NCBI GenBank assembly: GCA_963815455.1
Contig: CAWFGO010000003.1
Coordinates: 416,001 to 480,000 of the forward strand
Direction: 5' to 3'
Length of the DNA stretch: 64,000 bases
Source of the DNA: an uncultured Verrucomicrobiae bacterium
GTDB taxonomy: Bacteria; Verrucomicrobiota; Verrucomicrobiia; Chthoniobacterales; UBA10450
Shown: one piece after another, positions 44,659 through 54,668 of the stretch
Numbering within the stretch: the stretch's first letter is position 1
How the letters are laid out: each line of letters opens with the position of its first letter
Translations under genes and position numbers: made by a program
Notes under the pieces: generated by a model
Database searches by the model: none
The model's input: only the letters and a program-made list of their open reading frames with translations
What the model was told of the DNA's origin: nothing

Positions 44659-46050
44659 TATCTAATTGCGCTCAACAATCGTTCACGCAAATCCTTAATC
44701 GCGACCCGGTCCTGTTTCATCGAGTCCCGATCGCGCAGCGTAACGGTGTCGCGCAAAGTGGCATCTCGTTCACCGAGCGTTTCGAAATCTACCGTCACAC
44801 AAAACGGCGTGCCGGCTTCATCCTGGCGACGATAACGGCGCCCGATCGCGCCGCTCTCATCATAAAAAACGTACATGTGCGGCCGGAGAAGATCGACAAT
44901 CTCTTTTGCTTTGGCCACCAACGGCTCCTTGTTTTTTAAGAGCGGAAAGACCGCGCACTTGATCGGCGCCAGGCGCGGATGGAATCGCAGAACAATGCGC
45001 GTCTCCATTTTGCCTTTTTCGTCGGGCGCTTCGTCTTCTGAATAGGCCTCACAAATCATCGCCAGCACCGGTCCGATCGACTCCGGCGCTCGGCTCGATT
45101 ACGTGCGGAATGAATTTCTGCTTCGTTTCCTCATCGAAATATTCCAGCGATTTGCCGCTGGCCTTCTGGTGTTGAGTCAAATCGTAGTCGGTGCGATAAG
45201 CGACGCCTTCGAGCTCCTGCCGGCCGAAAGGAAAATCGTATTCGATGTCGTAGGTGCCCTTGGAATAAAACGCGCGCTCGGCATCCGGCACAGTGAGCAC
45301 GTGCAATTTGTCGCGCGCGATTCCGATGTTCTCGTAAAACTTCAGACGCTCTTCTTTCCAGTATTCGAGCAGTTCCATCCCCTGCTCCGGTCGGCAAAAG
45401 TATTCCAGCTCCATCTGCTCGAACTCACGCGAGCGAAAAGTGAAATTACGCGGATTAATCTCATTCCGAAACGCTTTCCCGATCTGCGCGATGCCAAACG
45501 GCAATTTCTTGCGCGAAGTATCGAGCACGTTTTTGAACTGCACGAAAATCGCCTGCGCCGTCTCCGGCCGAAGATAAGTCACGCTCGATTCGTCCTCGGT
45601 CGCGCCTACGAACGTCTTGAACATCAAATTGAACGCGCGCGGTTCGGTTAAATCCTTGCCGCCGCAGGTCGGGCATTGCTTCTCGCCCTTCTTGTTTGTG
45701 ATCTGATCGGCACGCAATCGTGCCTTACAAGATCGACAATCGACCATCGGATCGCTGAACGTTTCTTCGTGGCCGCTCGCCTTCCAGACCGCCCGATTCA
45801 TCAGGATCGAGCCGTCCATGCCGACCACGTCGTCGCGCTCCTGCACCATGATGCGCCACCAGTAATTCTTTAGATTGCGCTTCAATTCGACCCCGAGCGG
45901 GCCGTAATCCCAGCAGCCATTCAAGCCGCCGTAAATCTCGCTCGATTGAAAAATGAACCCGCGCCGCTTGCACAAGCTGACGATCTTCTCCATGCTTGCC
46001 GCGCCGTAGCTCGGCGAAGGCGGGCGCTGGGCGTCGGGCTTGTCGTTCAT
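44658..46050 (-). CDS. glyQS: Glycine--tRNA ligase (homodimeric type); indel near 45070
   Basis: [44 protein letters not shown]. Confidence 0.95.
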
Positions 46051-46166
46051 ATGGGAGCCAAATGTCCGCAGATTTCGCAGATTTACGCAGATTTTTCGAA
46101 CCAGGAATCCTCAGTCTTTTTCAATCTGCGAAATCTGCGTAAATCTGCGGATAGAACCTCCGGGGG

Positions 46167-46619
46167 CTAAGTCTGCGCTTCGACGGTGACCTCGGTCTTG
46201 ACCGAGTTGGCGATGAAACATTGATCGTGCGCGCCGTGGTTAATCTCCTCGATCTCCTGCGCAGTCGGCTGTTTGTCGCCGGAAAATTTGAGCCGCTGCT
46301 TTAAGGTCACGCGTGTGATGGCCATTTTACCCTCGGCATTTTTTTCCATGTGCCCGACCGCTTCATCGGAATATTCGTCCAGCACGAATTTCTTCTTACA
46401 GGCGATGGCCAGGAAGGTGAGCATATGACAAGCGGAGATCGAAGCGACAAACGCTTCCTCCGGATCGACTTGCTTGGGGTCGCCGAGATAGGCCGGCGCG
46501 GCCGAGGCCGTCATCTCGTGGCCGCCGTCGAACTTCCAGGTGTGATTGCGCGGATATTTCTGATACTCGAACGGCGCATCACCGCGTTTCCAGGTAAGAG
46601 ATATTTTATGTTCGGACAT
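46167..46619 (-). CDS. OsmC-family protein
   Basis: DPEEAFVASISACHMLTFL, AHDQCFIANSV. Confidence 0.9.
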   Translation of the reverse strand: MSEHKISLTWKRGDAPFEYQKYPRNHTWKFDGGHEMTASAAPAYLGDPKQVDPEEAFVASISACHMLTFLAIACKKKFVLDEYSDEAVGHMEKNAEGKMAITRVTLKQRLKFSGDKQPTAQEIEEINHGAHDQCFIANSVKTEVTVEAQT

Positions 46620-46730
46620 TCTTTTACATAGAACGACGTGCGTTGTAGGGCAAGCGCCTTGACTAGTCACTCGTCACTGGTCACTTACTTGTCACGCCGT
46701 AGCCTCGGCGAAGGCGGATCACTGCCCATC

Positions 46731-46802
46731 GCGCGATTAGCTCAGTGGTAGAGCGCTTGCTTCACACGCAAGAAGTCGCAGGTTCGAACCCTGCATCGCG
46801 CA
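46731..46802 (+). tRNA. tRNA-Val (anticodon CAC)
   Basis: GCGCGAT/ATCGCGC acceptor, CTTGC-TTCACAC-GCAAG anticodon arm, GCAGG-TTCGAAC-CCTGC T-arm; CCA not encoded. Confidence 0.95.
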
Positions 46803-46968
46803 CGCCCTTCCCCCGCTCGGAATTTGAAGCGCGCTCTAATTACAGAGCGGTCGCCGCGGCGACAAGTCGCTGGTTCGATCCCTGCATCGCGCACGCCCTT
46901 CCCCCGCTCGGAATTTGAAGCGCGCTCTAATTACGGAGCGGTCGCCGCGGCGACAAATCGCAGGTTCG
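46773..46968 (+). repeat. 91-bp tandem repeat (two copies plus start of a third) including the tRNA-Val 3' end
   Basis: Units start at 46773, 46864 and 46955; near identical. Confidence 0.9.
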
Positions 46969-46976
46969 GTGACGGT

Positions 46977-48290
46977 TTATTCCAAACCCGCAGCCCCTGC
47001 CAGTGCGTCCGGTTTTTGTTGCTTTGCCAGTTCGACCTGTCGACGTCCGAGCCACAGACTGAGCATGCACCAGATGGCCGCGAGCGGAACAGCCACCAGA
47101 CTGATCCTCGGGAGCTCCAGACCCAGCGCATGCAATCCGCCGTACGACCATGCGCCTATCTGATCACCGGTGCGGTATCCCAGAGTATCCGTCACGCTCT
47201 TGACCTTGTATTTGTCTTCGCGGCGCAAAACGGTAAACAAAATCTCGCGGGACGGACGCATCAGCGCGTAGGCGGCGACCCGGCGGGCAACTTGAAAGAT
47301 AGCGAGCAGGCCCAGACTTGGCGCAACGCTCATGGCCACAAAGCCGATCATGCTGAGGAAGGGCAGTGCAACCAGGGTGAGCCCGACCCCGAACGATTTT
47401 AGCAAACGTCCCGTGAGAAAAATCTGAATAATCACGGTCATGCTGTTGACCCAGATTTCAATGTTCGCCAGAAAGACGGTGCGTTCGTTACTGCCCTTGA
47501 AAGCCTCGCGCGCGAGATCGGACTGTTGAAAATAGGCCCAGGTCGAAGTGATCGTATAGAGAAGCATGGAGCCGGCCAGTCCCATAAGATAGGGCGAGCG
47601 GCCAATATGCGTGATCCCCGACCAAATCGATCCGCCGATCGGCTCTTCCGGGGCGGGATCGGCCTGACTCCGGCCAGCAAAGCCATGGGGAAAGAAGCGC
47701 ACCAGACAGACGGCGATGGCGAAGATTACCGCAGAGATGGCCAGAAGATTTGCTGGCCCGATCTCGCGGACAAGATTCTTGGTGATGTAAGCTCCCAAAA
47801 TCGCGCCGAGCGATCCGCCCACAGCGATGAAACCATAGAGCCGCTTGCCCTGCTCGACGGTAAACAGGTCGGTCATGAACGCCCAGAAGATCGCGGTATT
47901 GAACAGATTGAAAACGCTGACCCAAACGTAGAGCGCGCGGCCGATCCAGACCTGCTGCGCGGGTGGACAAGTCCGCATCAGAGCGAAAAAGAGGACAAGA
48001 TTCAGGATGAAAAATGCGTAGGCGATTGGAATGAATTTTCTCCGGGACATTCGCGCCACGATCGCGGCGAAGAGAGCATTGGCGATCAACATGAACACCA
48101 GTGTGGCGGTGAACATCCACGGCAATGTCTCCAGGCGATTGCCGGCGGCGATGCTATCCCGAATCGGGCGCATGACGTAGTAGCCGGCGAGAATGAGAAA
48201 ATGAAAAGCGAAGCCGAGCCAAAGCGCGCGGACTTCATCGGGGCGGACATCCACCGCGCGGCGTTGCAAACTAGCGAGGAACGTTCGCAT
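46977..48290 (-). CDS. MFS transporter, Npt1/ATP:ADP antiporter-like family
   Basis: GYYVMRPIRD, WVSVFNLF, FWAFMTDLF, GKRLYG, RPSREILF, KYKVK. Confidence 0.85.
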   Translation of the reverse strand: MRTFLASLQRRAVDVRPDEVRALWLGFAFHFLILAGYYVMRPIRDSIAAGNRLETLPWMFTATLVFMLIANALFAAIVARMSRRKFIPIAYAFFILNLVLFFALMRTCPPAQQVWIGRALYVWVSVFNLFNTAIFWAFMTDLFTVEQGKRLYGFIAVGGSLGAILGAYITKNLVREIGPANLLAISAVIFAIAVCLVRFFPHGFAGRSQADPAPEEPIGGSIWSGITHIGRSPYLMGLAGSMLLYTITSTWAYFQQSDLAREAFKGSNERTVFLANIEIWVNSMTVIIQIFLTGRLLKSFGVGLTLVALPFLSMIGFVAMSVAPSLGLLAIFQVARRVAAYALMRPSREILFTVLRREDKYKVKSVTDTLGYRTGDQIGAWSYGGLHALGLELPRISLVAVPLAAIWCMLSLWLGRRQVELAKQQKPDALAGAAGLE

Positions 48291-48327
48291 GGTCGCGGTG
48301 GAGGGCGGCGGTCCGGGTGATTGGCCG

Positions 48328-49455
48328 TTATTCTACCGCGATCACGACTTTTCCCCTGGCGTGGCCTTGTTCCAAATACCGGATCGCGTCAGGGACTTCG
48401 CTCAGTTTGTAACGACGATCGATGACCGGGGTCACTTTCCCAGCCGCCATTAGATCTGCCAGTTGCTTCATGTCTTTCTGCGTCGGATCGGACATCATCA
48501 TGCTCATCTTCTGACTCACGAACGGGGACAACAGCATCGCTTTGAGAGGACGAGACAATGGCCCCAGTAATCCCTGGTCGGCGGTTCCGCCGCCACCGAT
48601 CATGATATATTCGCCGGTGGGAACCAGGGCGCGTCTCATGCTTAACAACGGTTGGTTCCCCACATTGTCGAGAATCACGTCATAACGCGGCCCACCCTTG
48701 GTGAAATCCTCCTTGGTGTAATCAATAACGTGATCGGCGCCGAGCGATCGGACCATGTCGAGGTTCCTCGTGCTACACACACCGGTCACCTCTGCACCGA
48801 ACGATTTCGCGATCTGCACCGCGAACGTGCCCACGCCCCCCGATGCGCCATTGATCAGAATTTTTCGTCCGGGCTGAGCTTTGGCCTTGTCGCGGAGCGC
48901 CTGCAATGCGGTCAACCCAGCGATCTGGACAACTCCCGCCTGCTCGAATGTGATGTTAGCCGGTTTCAGGACGACCCCTTTTTCGGAAACAGCGACATAC
49001 TCTGCGAAAGCGCCGGTCTTCCCGCCCCACACTTCATCGCCGGGCTTGAATTGCGTCACGTTCTTGCCGACCGCTTCTATCGTCCCGGCGAAGTCGACGC
49101 CGAGTCGTACGACTTTGGGTTTACGCAAGCCCACGCCCAGCCGCATGATGTAAGGCGTGCCGCGGATGAAATGCCAGTCATACGGATTGACCGAAGCCGC
49201 ATGAACTTTTACCAGGACCTGGTTATCATTAGGCACAGGCTTGGCGATATCCATCAGCTTGAGGACATCGGGTGGACCATACTCGCAGTAGACGATCGCC
49301 TTCATCGTGTCGCCCTCGGTCGCGGCGAGGTGATCACAGTCGTTGGTCGACCTCCAGTAGGCGATAACGAGGAAAACGACTCCCACGAATAGAACGAGTG
49401 AGATTGCCAGCGCAGTCCACTTCACAATGCCTTTCAAGATGCGTGTTATTTTCAT
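48328..49455 (-). CDS. NAD(P)-dependent MDR-family oxidoreductase with N-terminal TM helix
   Basis: YGPPDVL, ASVNPYD, INGASGGVG, GHARGKVV. Confidence 0.9.
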   Translation of the reverse strand: MKITRILKGIVKWTALAISLVLFVGVVFLVIAYWRSTNDCDHLAATEGDTMKAIVYCEYGPPDVLKLMDIAKPVPNDNQVLVKVHAASVNPYDWHFIRGTPYIMRLGVGLRKPKVVRLGVDFAGTIEAVGKNVTQFKPGDEVWGGKTGAFAEYVAVSEKGVVLKPANITFEQAGVVQIAGLTALQALRDKAKAQPGRKILINGASGGVGTFAVQIAKSFGAEVTGVCSTRNLDMVRSLGADHVIDYTKEDFTKGGPRYDVILDNVGNQPLLSMRRALVPTGEYIMIGGGGTADQGLLGPLSRPLKAMLLSPFVSQKMSMMMSDPTQKDMKQLADLMAAGKVTPVIDRRYKLSEVPDAIRYLEQGHARGKVVIAVE

Positions 49456-49473
49456 AAGTTTGGCAAATTCGAT

Positions 49474-50235
49474 TCATGTCTGATCACTGACCGCTGGCCT
49501 CTGGTCTCTGATTTGTATTCCCTTAAACAGAAGCCAAAAACTCACTATCATTTCAAAAATGGCCATCGGCGAATCGAACCAGTACGCGTTCACTGTCTTG
49601 CCGAAGTTTGGGAAGATAAGAAAAGCAAAAGCACAGATTACGCACCAGGCCGACGAGATTACGCCAAGGAGAGCTAATCCTTTCGGAATGTAATTCGACT
49701 TAAGCCACAACCATGCACAAACGGTTGCGGCCAATCCAAAAAATGGCAAACCCACGTAGTAGTCGTCGAAATTTGCGGCGAGATGCAGCCGCCCCAAGGC
49801 TTGCAATCGATCGGGCTCGAAGACTTCCAGGTAAGTTGCACCATGCACGACCCGCAGAACGCTCAGCAGATTGAGCGTAGTGAGAAGCCACAACAGGGCG
49901 AAGACGAAACGAAAGAGTGCTCCAATCAAGGCAAGGCCTTGATTGATCGGCTTAAAAATCACGTAGAGCGCTGCGAGGAGAACGAAAACGGTTGCGCTGT
50001 AGGCCAGAAAACAAACAACGATGATCCGGAATTGTGTTTCGTGCGCCACGATGTTTCGAGCGGTTTCCGGCGCGTTGCCCGGAACGATAAGAGGATTGAG
50101 CAGCGCATAGTTAGCGAAGACCACGATTACCGCCGCGAACAGGCCGCTGATTCCCGCTACTTTTGCCGCCGTGCGTTGTGCATTGTTCGCCACGGCGAAT
50201 CCGTCCTTTGGCGGATCGATGGTAATATTCGTCAT
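49474..50235 (-). CDS. DUF4386-family membrane protein
   Basis: AAKVAG, TARNI, multiple TM helices, FEMIVSFWLLFKG. Confidence 0.75.
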   Translation of the reverse strand: MTNITIDPPKDGFAVANNAQRTAAKVAGISGLFAAVIVVFANYALLNPLIVPGNAPETARNIVAHETQFRIIVVCFLAYSATVFVLLAALYVIFKPINQGLALIGALFRFVFALLWLLTTLNLLSVLRVVHGATYLEVFEPDRLQALGRLHLAANFDDYYVGLPFFGLAATVCAWLWLKSNYIPKGLALLGVISSAWCVICAFAFLIFPNFGKTVNAYWFDSPMAIFEMIVSFWLLFKGIQIRDQRPAVSDQT

Positions 50236-50266
50236 TCGTTTTTCTCCGCGTGGTCAGCTTTTCTTT

Positions 50267-51391
50267 CTATTCCACAGTAATTACGACTTTTCCGCGAGCA
50301 TGTCCTTGTTCCAAATATCGAATGGCGTCAGCCGTCTCACTCAATTTGTAGGTCCGGTCGATGACCGGTGTCACTTTTCCCGATTGCATGAGTTCGGCCA
50401 GGATCATCATGTCCTTTTTGTTGAATTGGGCAATGTAGGCGATGAACTTCTGGCTAACGAACCGTGAGCGCACGTACGCACTGAGCGCACCAGCCAGACG
50501 CATCCCCATGCCGTCGTGCCATCCCGCGCCGCCGAACCCGGCCATGACACAGATGCCATTTGGATTCAGAATCCGCCGGCGCTCCGAAAACGAATGGTTC
50601 CCGACAAGATCATAGATCAAATCGTAACGTTGATCCGATTTGGTGAAATCCTCTTTGGTGTAGTCAATCACGTGATCGGCGCCGATCGATCGGACAAGAT
50701 CGACATTTCGCGTGCTGCAGACGCCGGTCACGTCGGTCCCGAACGATTTCGCAATCTGGACCGCGAACGTGCCAACGCCGCCGGACGCGCCGTTGATCAG
50801 GACCTTTTGTCCGGCCTGAATTTTTCCCTTGTCCCGAAGACCTTGCAGCGCCGTGATTGCCGCCACGGGGATAGAAGCGGCTTGCTCAAACGTCATGTTC
50901 GCTGGTTTAAACACAACGGCTCGATCCGCCATGACACACACATACTCTGCCAATGCGCCATTTTTCCCGCCGAACACTTCGTCGCCGGGCTTGAACTGTC
51001 CCGCCGCGGCGGGATTCTTGCCAACTGCTTCCACCGTTCCGGCATAGTCGACACCCAGGCGGGTATCTTTTGGTTTTCGCAAGCCAGTCAACGGGCGGAG
51101 CAGAAGCGGGCCTCGGATGCCGAGGTCGAGTGGGTTTACTGAAACCGCATGCACTCGGACCAGAAGTTGGTCTTCATTCGGAACCGGTTTTTCGATTTGT
51201 TCAACCTTGAGAACATCAGGGCCCCCATATTCACAATGGATAATAGCTCTCATGGGATTGATCGGAGGCCCGGCGTTGCGAAAGCAATCGTTAGTCGATC
51301 TCCAGTAAGCAATGAACCCGACTAGGAACGCCAACATTAGTGCGAACAAAATCGCGCGGATACTCCACTTTACGATACGCCTTAGGGTCAT
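50267..51391 (-). CDS. NAD(P)-dependent MDR-family oxidoreductase, paralog of 48328-49455
   Basis: Same motifs including IAYWRSTNDC, INGASGGVG, GHARGKVV. Confidence 0.9.
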   Translation of the reverse strand: MTLRRIVKWSIRAILFALMLAFLVGFIAYWRSTNDCFRNAGPPINPMRAIIHCEYGGPDVLKVEQIEKPVPNEDQLLVRVHAVSVNPLDLGIRGPLLLRPLTGLRKPKDTRLGVDYAGTVEAVGKNPAAAGQFKPGDEVFGGKNGALAEYVCVMADRAVVFKPANMTFEQAASIPVAAITALQGLRDKGKIQAGQKVLINGASGGVGTFAVQIAKSFGTDVTGVCSTRNVDLVRSIGADHVIDYTKEDFTKSDQRYDLIYDLVGNHSFSERRRILNPNGICVMAGFGGAGWHDGMGMRLAGALSAYVRSRFVSQKFIAYIAQFNKKDMMILAELMQSGKVTPVIDRTYKLSETADAIRYLEQGHARGKVVITVE

Positions 51392-51413
51392 AATGCCTAA
51401 CTAAACACAAGAA

Positions 51414-52334
51414 TCACAGCGGTCCGCGATAACGGCGCAGCCGGACCGCTGCCGCAAGAAGTGCCGCGGCGACGATGAGCCCGATCCAAAGTCCAGGGCT
51501 GCTCAAGTATCTTCCCGGAGTAAGTTGTGAAAGCGAATCGATCGTGGGGTGAGTGCCACCGTGGAACCCGAACGCGTGCGGCGCAAAACCTATCAACCGG
51601 TGGCCCAACATCTTCCCGACATAGGTGGTGCCAAATGCAATCTTCTCGAGGATTTGGATCGCAATGAACGGCAACACCGCCCAGAGAAATGTCGCGCGAC
51701 GGGCCCAGCCCGAGACAAGAATCAGCCAGCCGTAGATTGGCGCATGCCAGAGCGCGAGCACGATCAAACCGTAGAGCAGCACAATCCAGTTCTGAACCAC
51801 CGGGAAATGTTCCCAGGTCGAGGCCGGACTCATCCCATGGACCAGAAGGACCACGCTGGTGTGCAGCAGCATGATAAGGTGAACGCAAACGATGACGACG
51901 AAGGCAACCAGCGGCAAAATTACAAGCGGTATGGTCACTTTTGATAGCACGTTGGTGAGATCCGACACCGGCAACGATTTCCAGAACAGGATGCTGCGAT
52001 CGCGACGTTCGCTGTGGAGCGCATCGAGACAGTAGAACACGCCGATGATGAACACGGTGAAGAGCATCATCATTGCCGCCATGTCGTATGGCGCCTCAAT
52101 ACGGACTCGTTGCAGGGCCGGGGCGAGCAACAACCCCTCGCGCCGGCGTTCCGCCAGACCAATCGTGCTGATGGCGAACCCAAATATTTGGACGGCGCCA
52201 ACAATCAGCGGCGCAATATATATGGAGCGGTTCTCCCACAGCTCCCGCCAGACCGACCAGTAGAAGGGTCGGGTCGGCGTGGTGGCATCCGCATCTTGCC
52301 GATGAGTTGGAGCAATATTCGAGTCCGTAGTCAT
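51414..52334 (-). CDS. ABC-2 type transporter permease
   Basis: RELWENRS, ERRDRSILFWKSLPVSD; six or more TM helices. Confidence 0.85.
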   Translation of the reverse strand: MTTDSNIAPTHRQDADATTPTRPFYWSVWRELWENRSIYIAPLIVGAVQIFGFAISTIGLAERRREGLLLAPALQRVRIEAPYDMAAMMMLFTVFIIGVFYCLDALHSERRDRSILFWKSLPVSDLTNVLSKVTIPLVILPLVAFVVIVCVHLIMLLHTSVVLLVHGMSPASTWEHFPVVQNWIVLLYGLIVLALWHAPIYGWLILVSGWARRATFLWAVLPFIAIQILEKIAFGTTYVGKMLGHRLIGFAPHAFGFHGGTHPTIDSLSQLTPGRYLSSPGLWIGLIVAAALLAAAVRLRRYRGPL

Positions 52335-53203
52335 TTGGCACCTCCGGTGTTTGATTGCGGATTGCTCATAGTCGCCACGAACAGATCAGCAATGCTCGGC
52401 CGGCGCACTTCACCCAGCGCGGCCAGCTGACCGCGATCGACATTCTCGAATAGCATCACGCTCCGTCCGAAAACCGGCCGTTCATAAATCGGCTTGAGCG
52501 ACCGCGCCCCAGCGACATGATCCGGGTGCACCATCACTTCGACATAGCGCGAATCGAATTGCTCCATGCTGCATTCGAGCACGATCTTTCCGCGATCGAT
52601 GAACATGAGATCGGTCAGGACGTCCTGGATCTCTTCCACTTGATGGGTCGTCACCACGATGGTGCGGCTCTTGTCGAAGTAATCGTTCAGCAGCGAATCG
52701 TAGAACTGTTTCCGATACAGGATGTCCAATCCGAGCGTCGGTTCGTCCAGCACCAGCAATTTCGCGTCGATCGCCATGACCACCGCGAGATGCAGCTGGG
52801 CCACCATGCCTTTCGACAATTGCCTAACCTTGCTGGTGCGCTTGATCGTGGTCCTCCCCAAAAAACCTTCTGCTTTCGCTCGATCGAATCGCGGATGCAC
52901 ACCGGCGACGTAATCGAGCAACTGCGAAACTCGGATCCAACGCGGCAACACCGCGACATCGGCAATAAATGAGACGTTGCGCATCAGCTCTTCGCGCGAG
53001 TTCCACGGGTCGCGTCCGAGCACGGACAACTGTCCGTCGTATGACGTAAGACCAAGAATCGCGTTGAGCGCGGTGGTCTTGCCCGCGCCATTAGGCCCGA
53101 TCATCCCGAGAATCCGACCCTCTTCGACGCGAAGATCGACACCGTCCAAGGCGACAGTGGTGCCGAAAGTTTTGCGAAGACCGTGTGCTTCTATACAGGC
53201 CAT
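52331..53203 (-). CDS. ABC transporter ATP-binding protein
   Basis: GPNGAGKTT, LSKGM, LLVLDEP. Confidence 0.93.
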   Translation of the reverse strand: MACIEAHGLRKTFGTTVALDGVDLRVEEGRILGMIGPNGAGKTTALNAILGLTSYDGQLSVLGRDPWNSREELMRNVSFIADVAVLPRWIRVSQLLDYVAGVHPRFDRAKAEGFLGRTTIKRTSKVRQLSKGMVAQLHLAVVMAIDAKLLVLDEPTLGLDILYRKQFYDSLLNDYFDKSRTIVVTTHQVEEIQDVLTDLMFIDRGKIVLECSMEQFDSRYVEVMVHPDHVAGARSLKPIYERPVFGRSVMLFENVDRGQLAALGEVRRPSIADLFVATMSNPQSNTGGAK

Positions 53204-53207
53204 GGTT

Positions 53208-53633
53208 TTACTTTCCTTCCTTGGGATTTTTGTGGCCGGGGGCGTTGACCCCGGTTCCTGAAGATCGAGCAGAGCTGCGCTTCGCGGCCGCTTTCAGCAA
53301 TTCCTCCGGCGTTAGGCCAAGCCGTTGAATATGTTCGTGAACTCTTGGCCAATGCTCGTCCAGAAATTTCTGGCGCTCGGCTTTTAGCAACAGATCGCGC
53401 GCGCCCGCATTGACGAACATGCCGAGTCCCCGCTTCGATTCGACCAGCTGTTCGTCCACCAATTCCTGGTAGGCCTTGAGAACGGTCAGTGGATTGACCC
53501 GGGATTCGGCCGCAACCGTGCGCACCGACGGCAACGGATCGCCCTCCTTGAGCACGCCGTCGAGAATCATATGCACGACACGATCTCGAAGCTGTCGATA
53601 AATCGGCTGACCGTTGTTCCATTCACTGTCCAT
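53208..53633 (-). CDS. GntR-family regulator, YtrA subfamily
   Basis: PIYRQL, LPSVR, VNPLTV.KAY, RGLGMFV; short C-domain; upstream of ABC genes. Confidence 0.92.
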   Translation of the reverse strand: MDSEWNNGQPIYRQLRDRVVHMILDGVLKEGDPLPSVRTVAAESRVNPLTVLKAYQELVDEQLVESKRGLGMFVNAGARDLLLKAERQKFLDEHWPRVHEHIQRLGLTPEELLKAAAKRSSARSSGTGVNAPGHKNPKEGK

Positions 53634-53943
53634 TCTTTGTTCCGAGTAATCCTTGAAAGAGGATGAGGAGGTCCGAGGCGGAAAGGCGGTCCGAGCTCTC
53701 CCCGGCCAGTGTTCGACCGGATTGGCAGTTGTCTTGTAGCGGCGCTCTATGACCGTCGACCTCGTCGATCTGCGTGTAGAGGCGGGCGTGTCGCTCGCAA
53801 TCTATTCTGGTTCTCGCGGCCGACCCGGCCGGCTCTGCACCTTCTGCGGCAGCCGAATCGAGGCGAAAAGGTTCTGACCCGGCTGCGCCCAAGCAAGATC
53901 CTCCGGCGTCGACTTGGGCTCTCTGCTCATTTCCTCTCATATA

Positions 53944-53965
53944 GTGTTATAGTTAACTATAACAC
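53944..53965. promoter_or_regulatory. Perfect 22-bp palindrome, probable YtrA operator
   Basis: GTGTTATAGTTAACTATAACAC in an AT-rich patch upstream of the GntR-ABC operon; TTGCCA -35 nearby on the minus strand. Confidence 0.75.
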
Positions 53966-54224
53966 AAAGGCACTGGCAAGGACTTTTTTAGACTTTTTTT
54001 GGCTGTCGTTCAGCGGGCGGTTTTCCGCAAGAGATGGATCGAGCTCTCCGAGCTCGATGTTAATTTTACCAACGGTGCGAGCCGCATTGGCATTCTAGGA
54101 GAGCGCGTTCCACCCATACCGACCATCGGTCTACCGGGACCGCTCCGAATCGTGCCCCGGTGACGCAAGCAGCGAGAAGAGGTAGCCGCCTCTCAACGAG
54201 GCGGCCGTCCCCTTTTCGGATTGG

Positions 54225-54668
54225 TTATTTCTTCAGCTTTATATCGACCCCGGAAGCACCGATCGTCAGATCGACGCCCTTCGAAGTCGCGCTAACGAAC
54301 ACCGTCACACCGTTCTGATTCTTCATGGTCACGCCCGAGCGACCGCCAGCCAGGGTGATATCGGCATTGGCCGAGGTGTAGTTACCCGAGAAATCCTCGA
54401 GCTTCTTCAGGCCATAAACTTCGCCCGTAGCCGTGACCTTGGTGATCCCGACTTTGCCTAACGATAATCCGCTCACGGAAACCGGATAATCCTTGCCCTT
54501 GTAGGTAAGAGTGCCCTTGCCCCAGCTGATACCGACGCCGGCGGCGACCGCTTTGCTACTGAGGCGCAAAGTTGCGTCCGGTCGCATCGCTTTTCCTGCC
54601 GCCTGGGCGAAACCCGCCATCAGGCAGAAGGCAACCGACAGAATCCCAATTCGTTGAATGATTTTCAT
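54225..54668 (-). CDS. Secreted beta-rich protein (DUF1134-like)
   Basis: Signal peptide, GVGISWGKGTLTY, GEVYGL, DFSGNY, MKNQNGV. Confidence 0.7.
   Translation of the reverse strand: MKIIQRIGILSVAFCLMAGFAQAAGKAMRPDATLRLSSKAVAAGVGISWGKGTLTYKGKDYPVSVSGLSLGKVGITKVTATGEVYGLKKLEDFSGNYTSANADITLAGGRSGVTMKNQNGVTVFVSATSKGVDLTIGASGVDIKLKK

Noticed and set aside
27677..45100. Many frameshifts (bat genes, pilO-like, cstA, valS, murI, glyQS; also Rieske, kynB, DUF6498, ABC permease) read as pseudogenes or programmed frameshifting
   Set aside because: They hit essential genes such as valS and glyQS, are single-base indels without accompanying nonsense decay or shared slippery motifs, and are best explained as long-read errors
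46773..46968. CRISPR array
   Set aside because: The would-be spacers are near identical between units, the repeat is a tRNA 3' end, and there are no cas genes
53623..53940. 105-aa ORF, and a 42-aa alternative at 53802-53930, upstream of gntR
   Set aside because: The region contains GTAG repeat arms (about 53735 and 53776) and neither peptide is recognisable; coding status is unsupported
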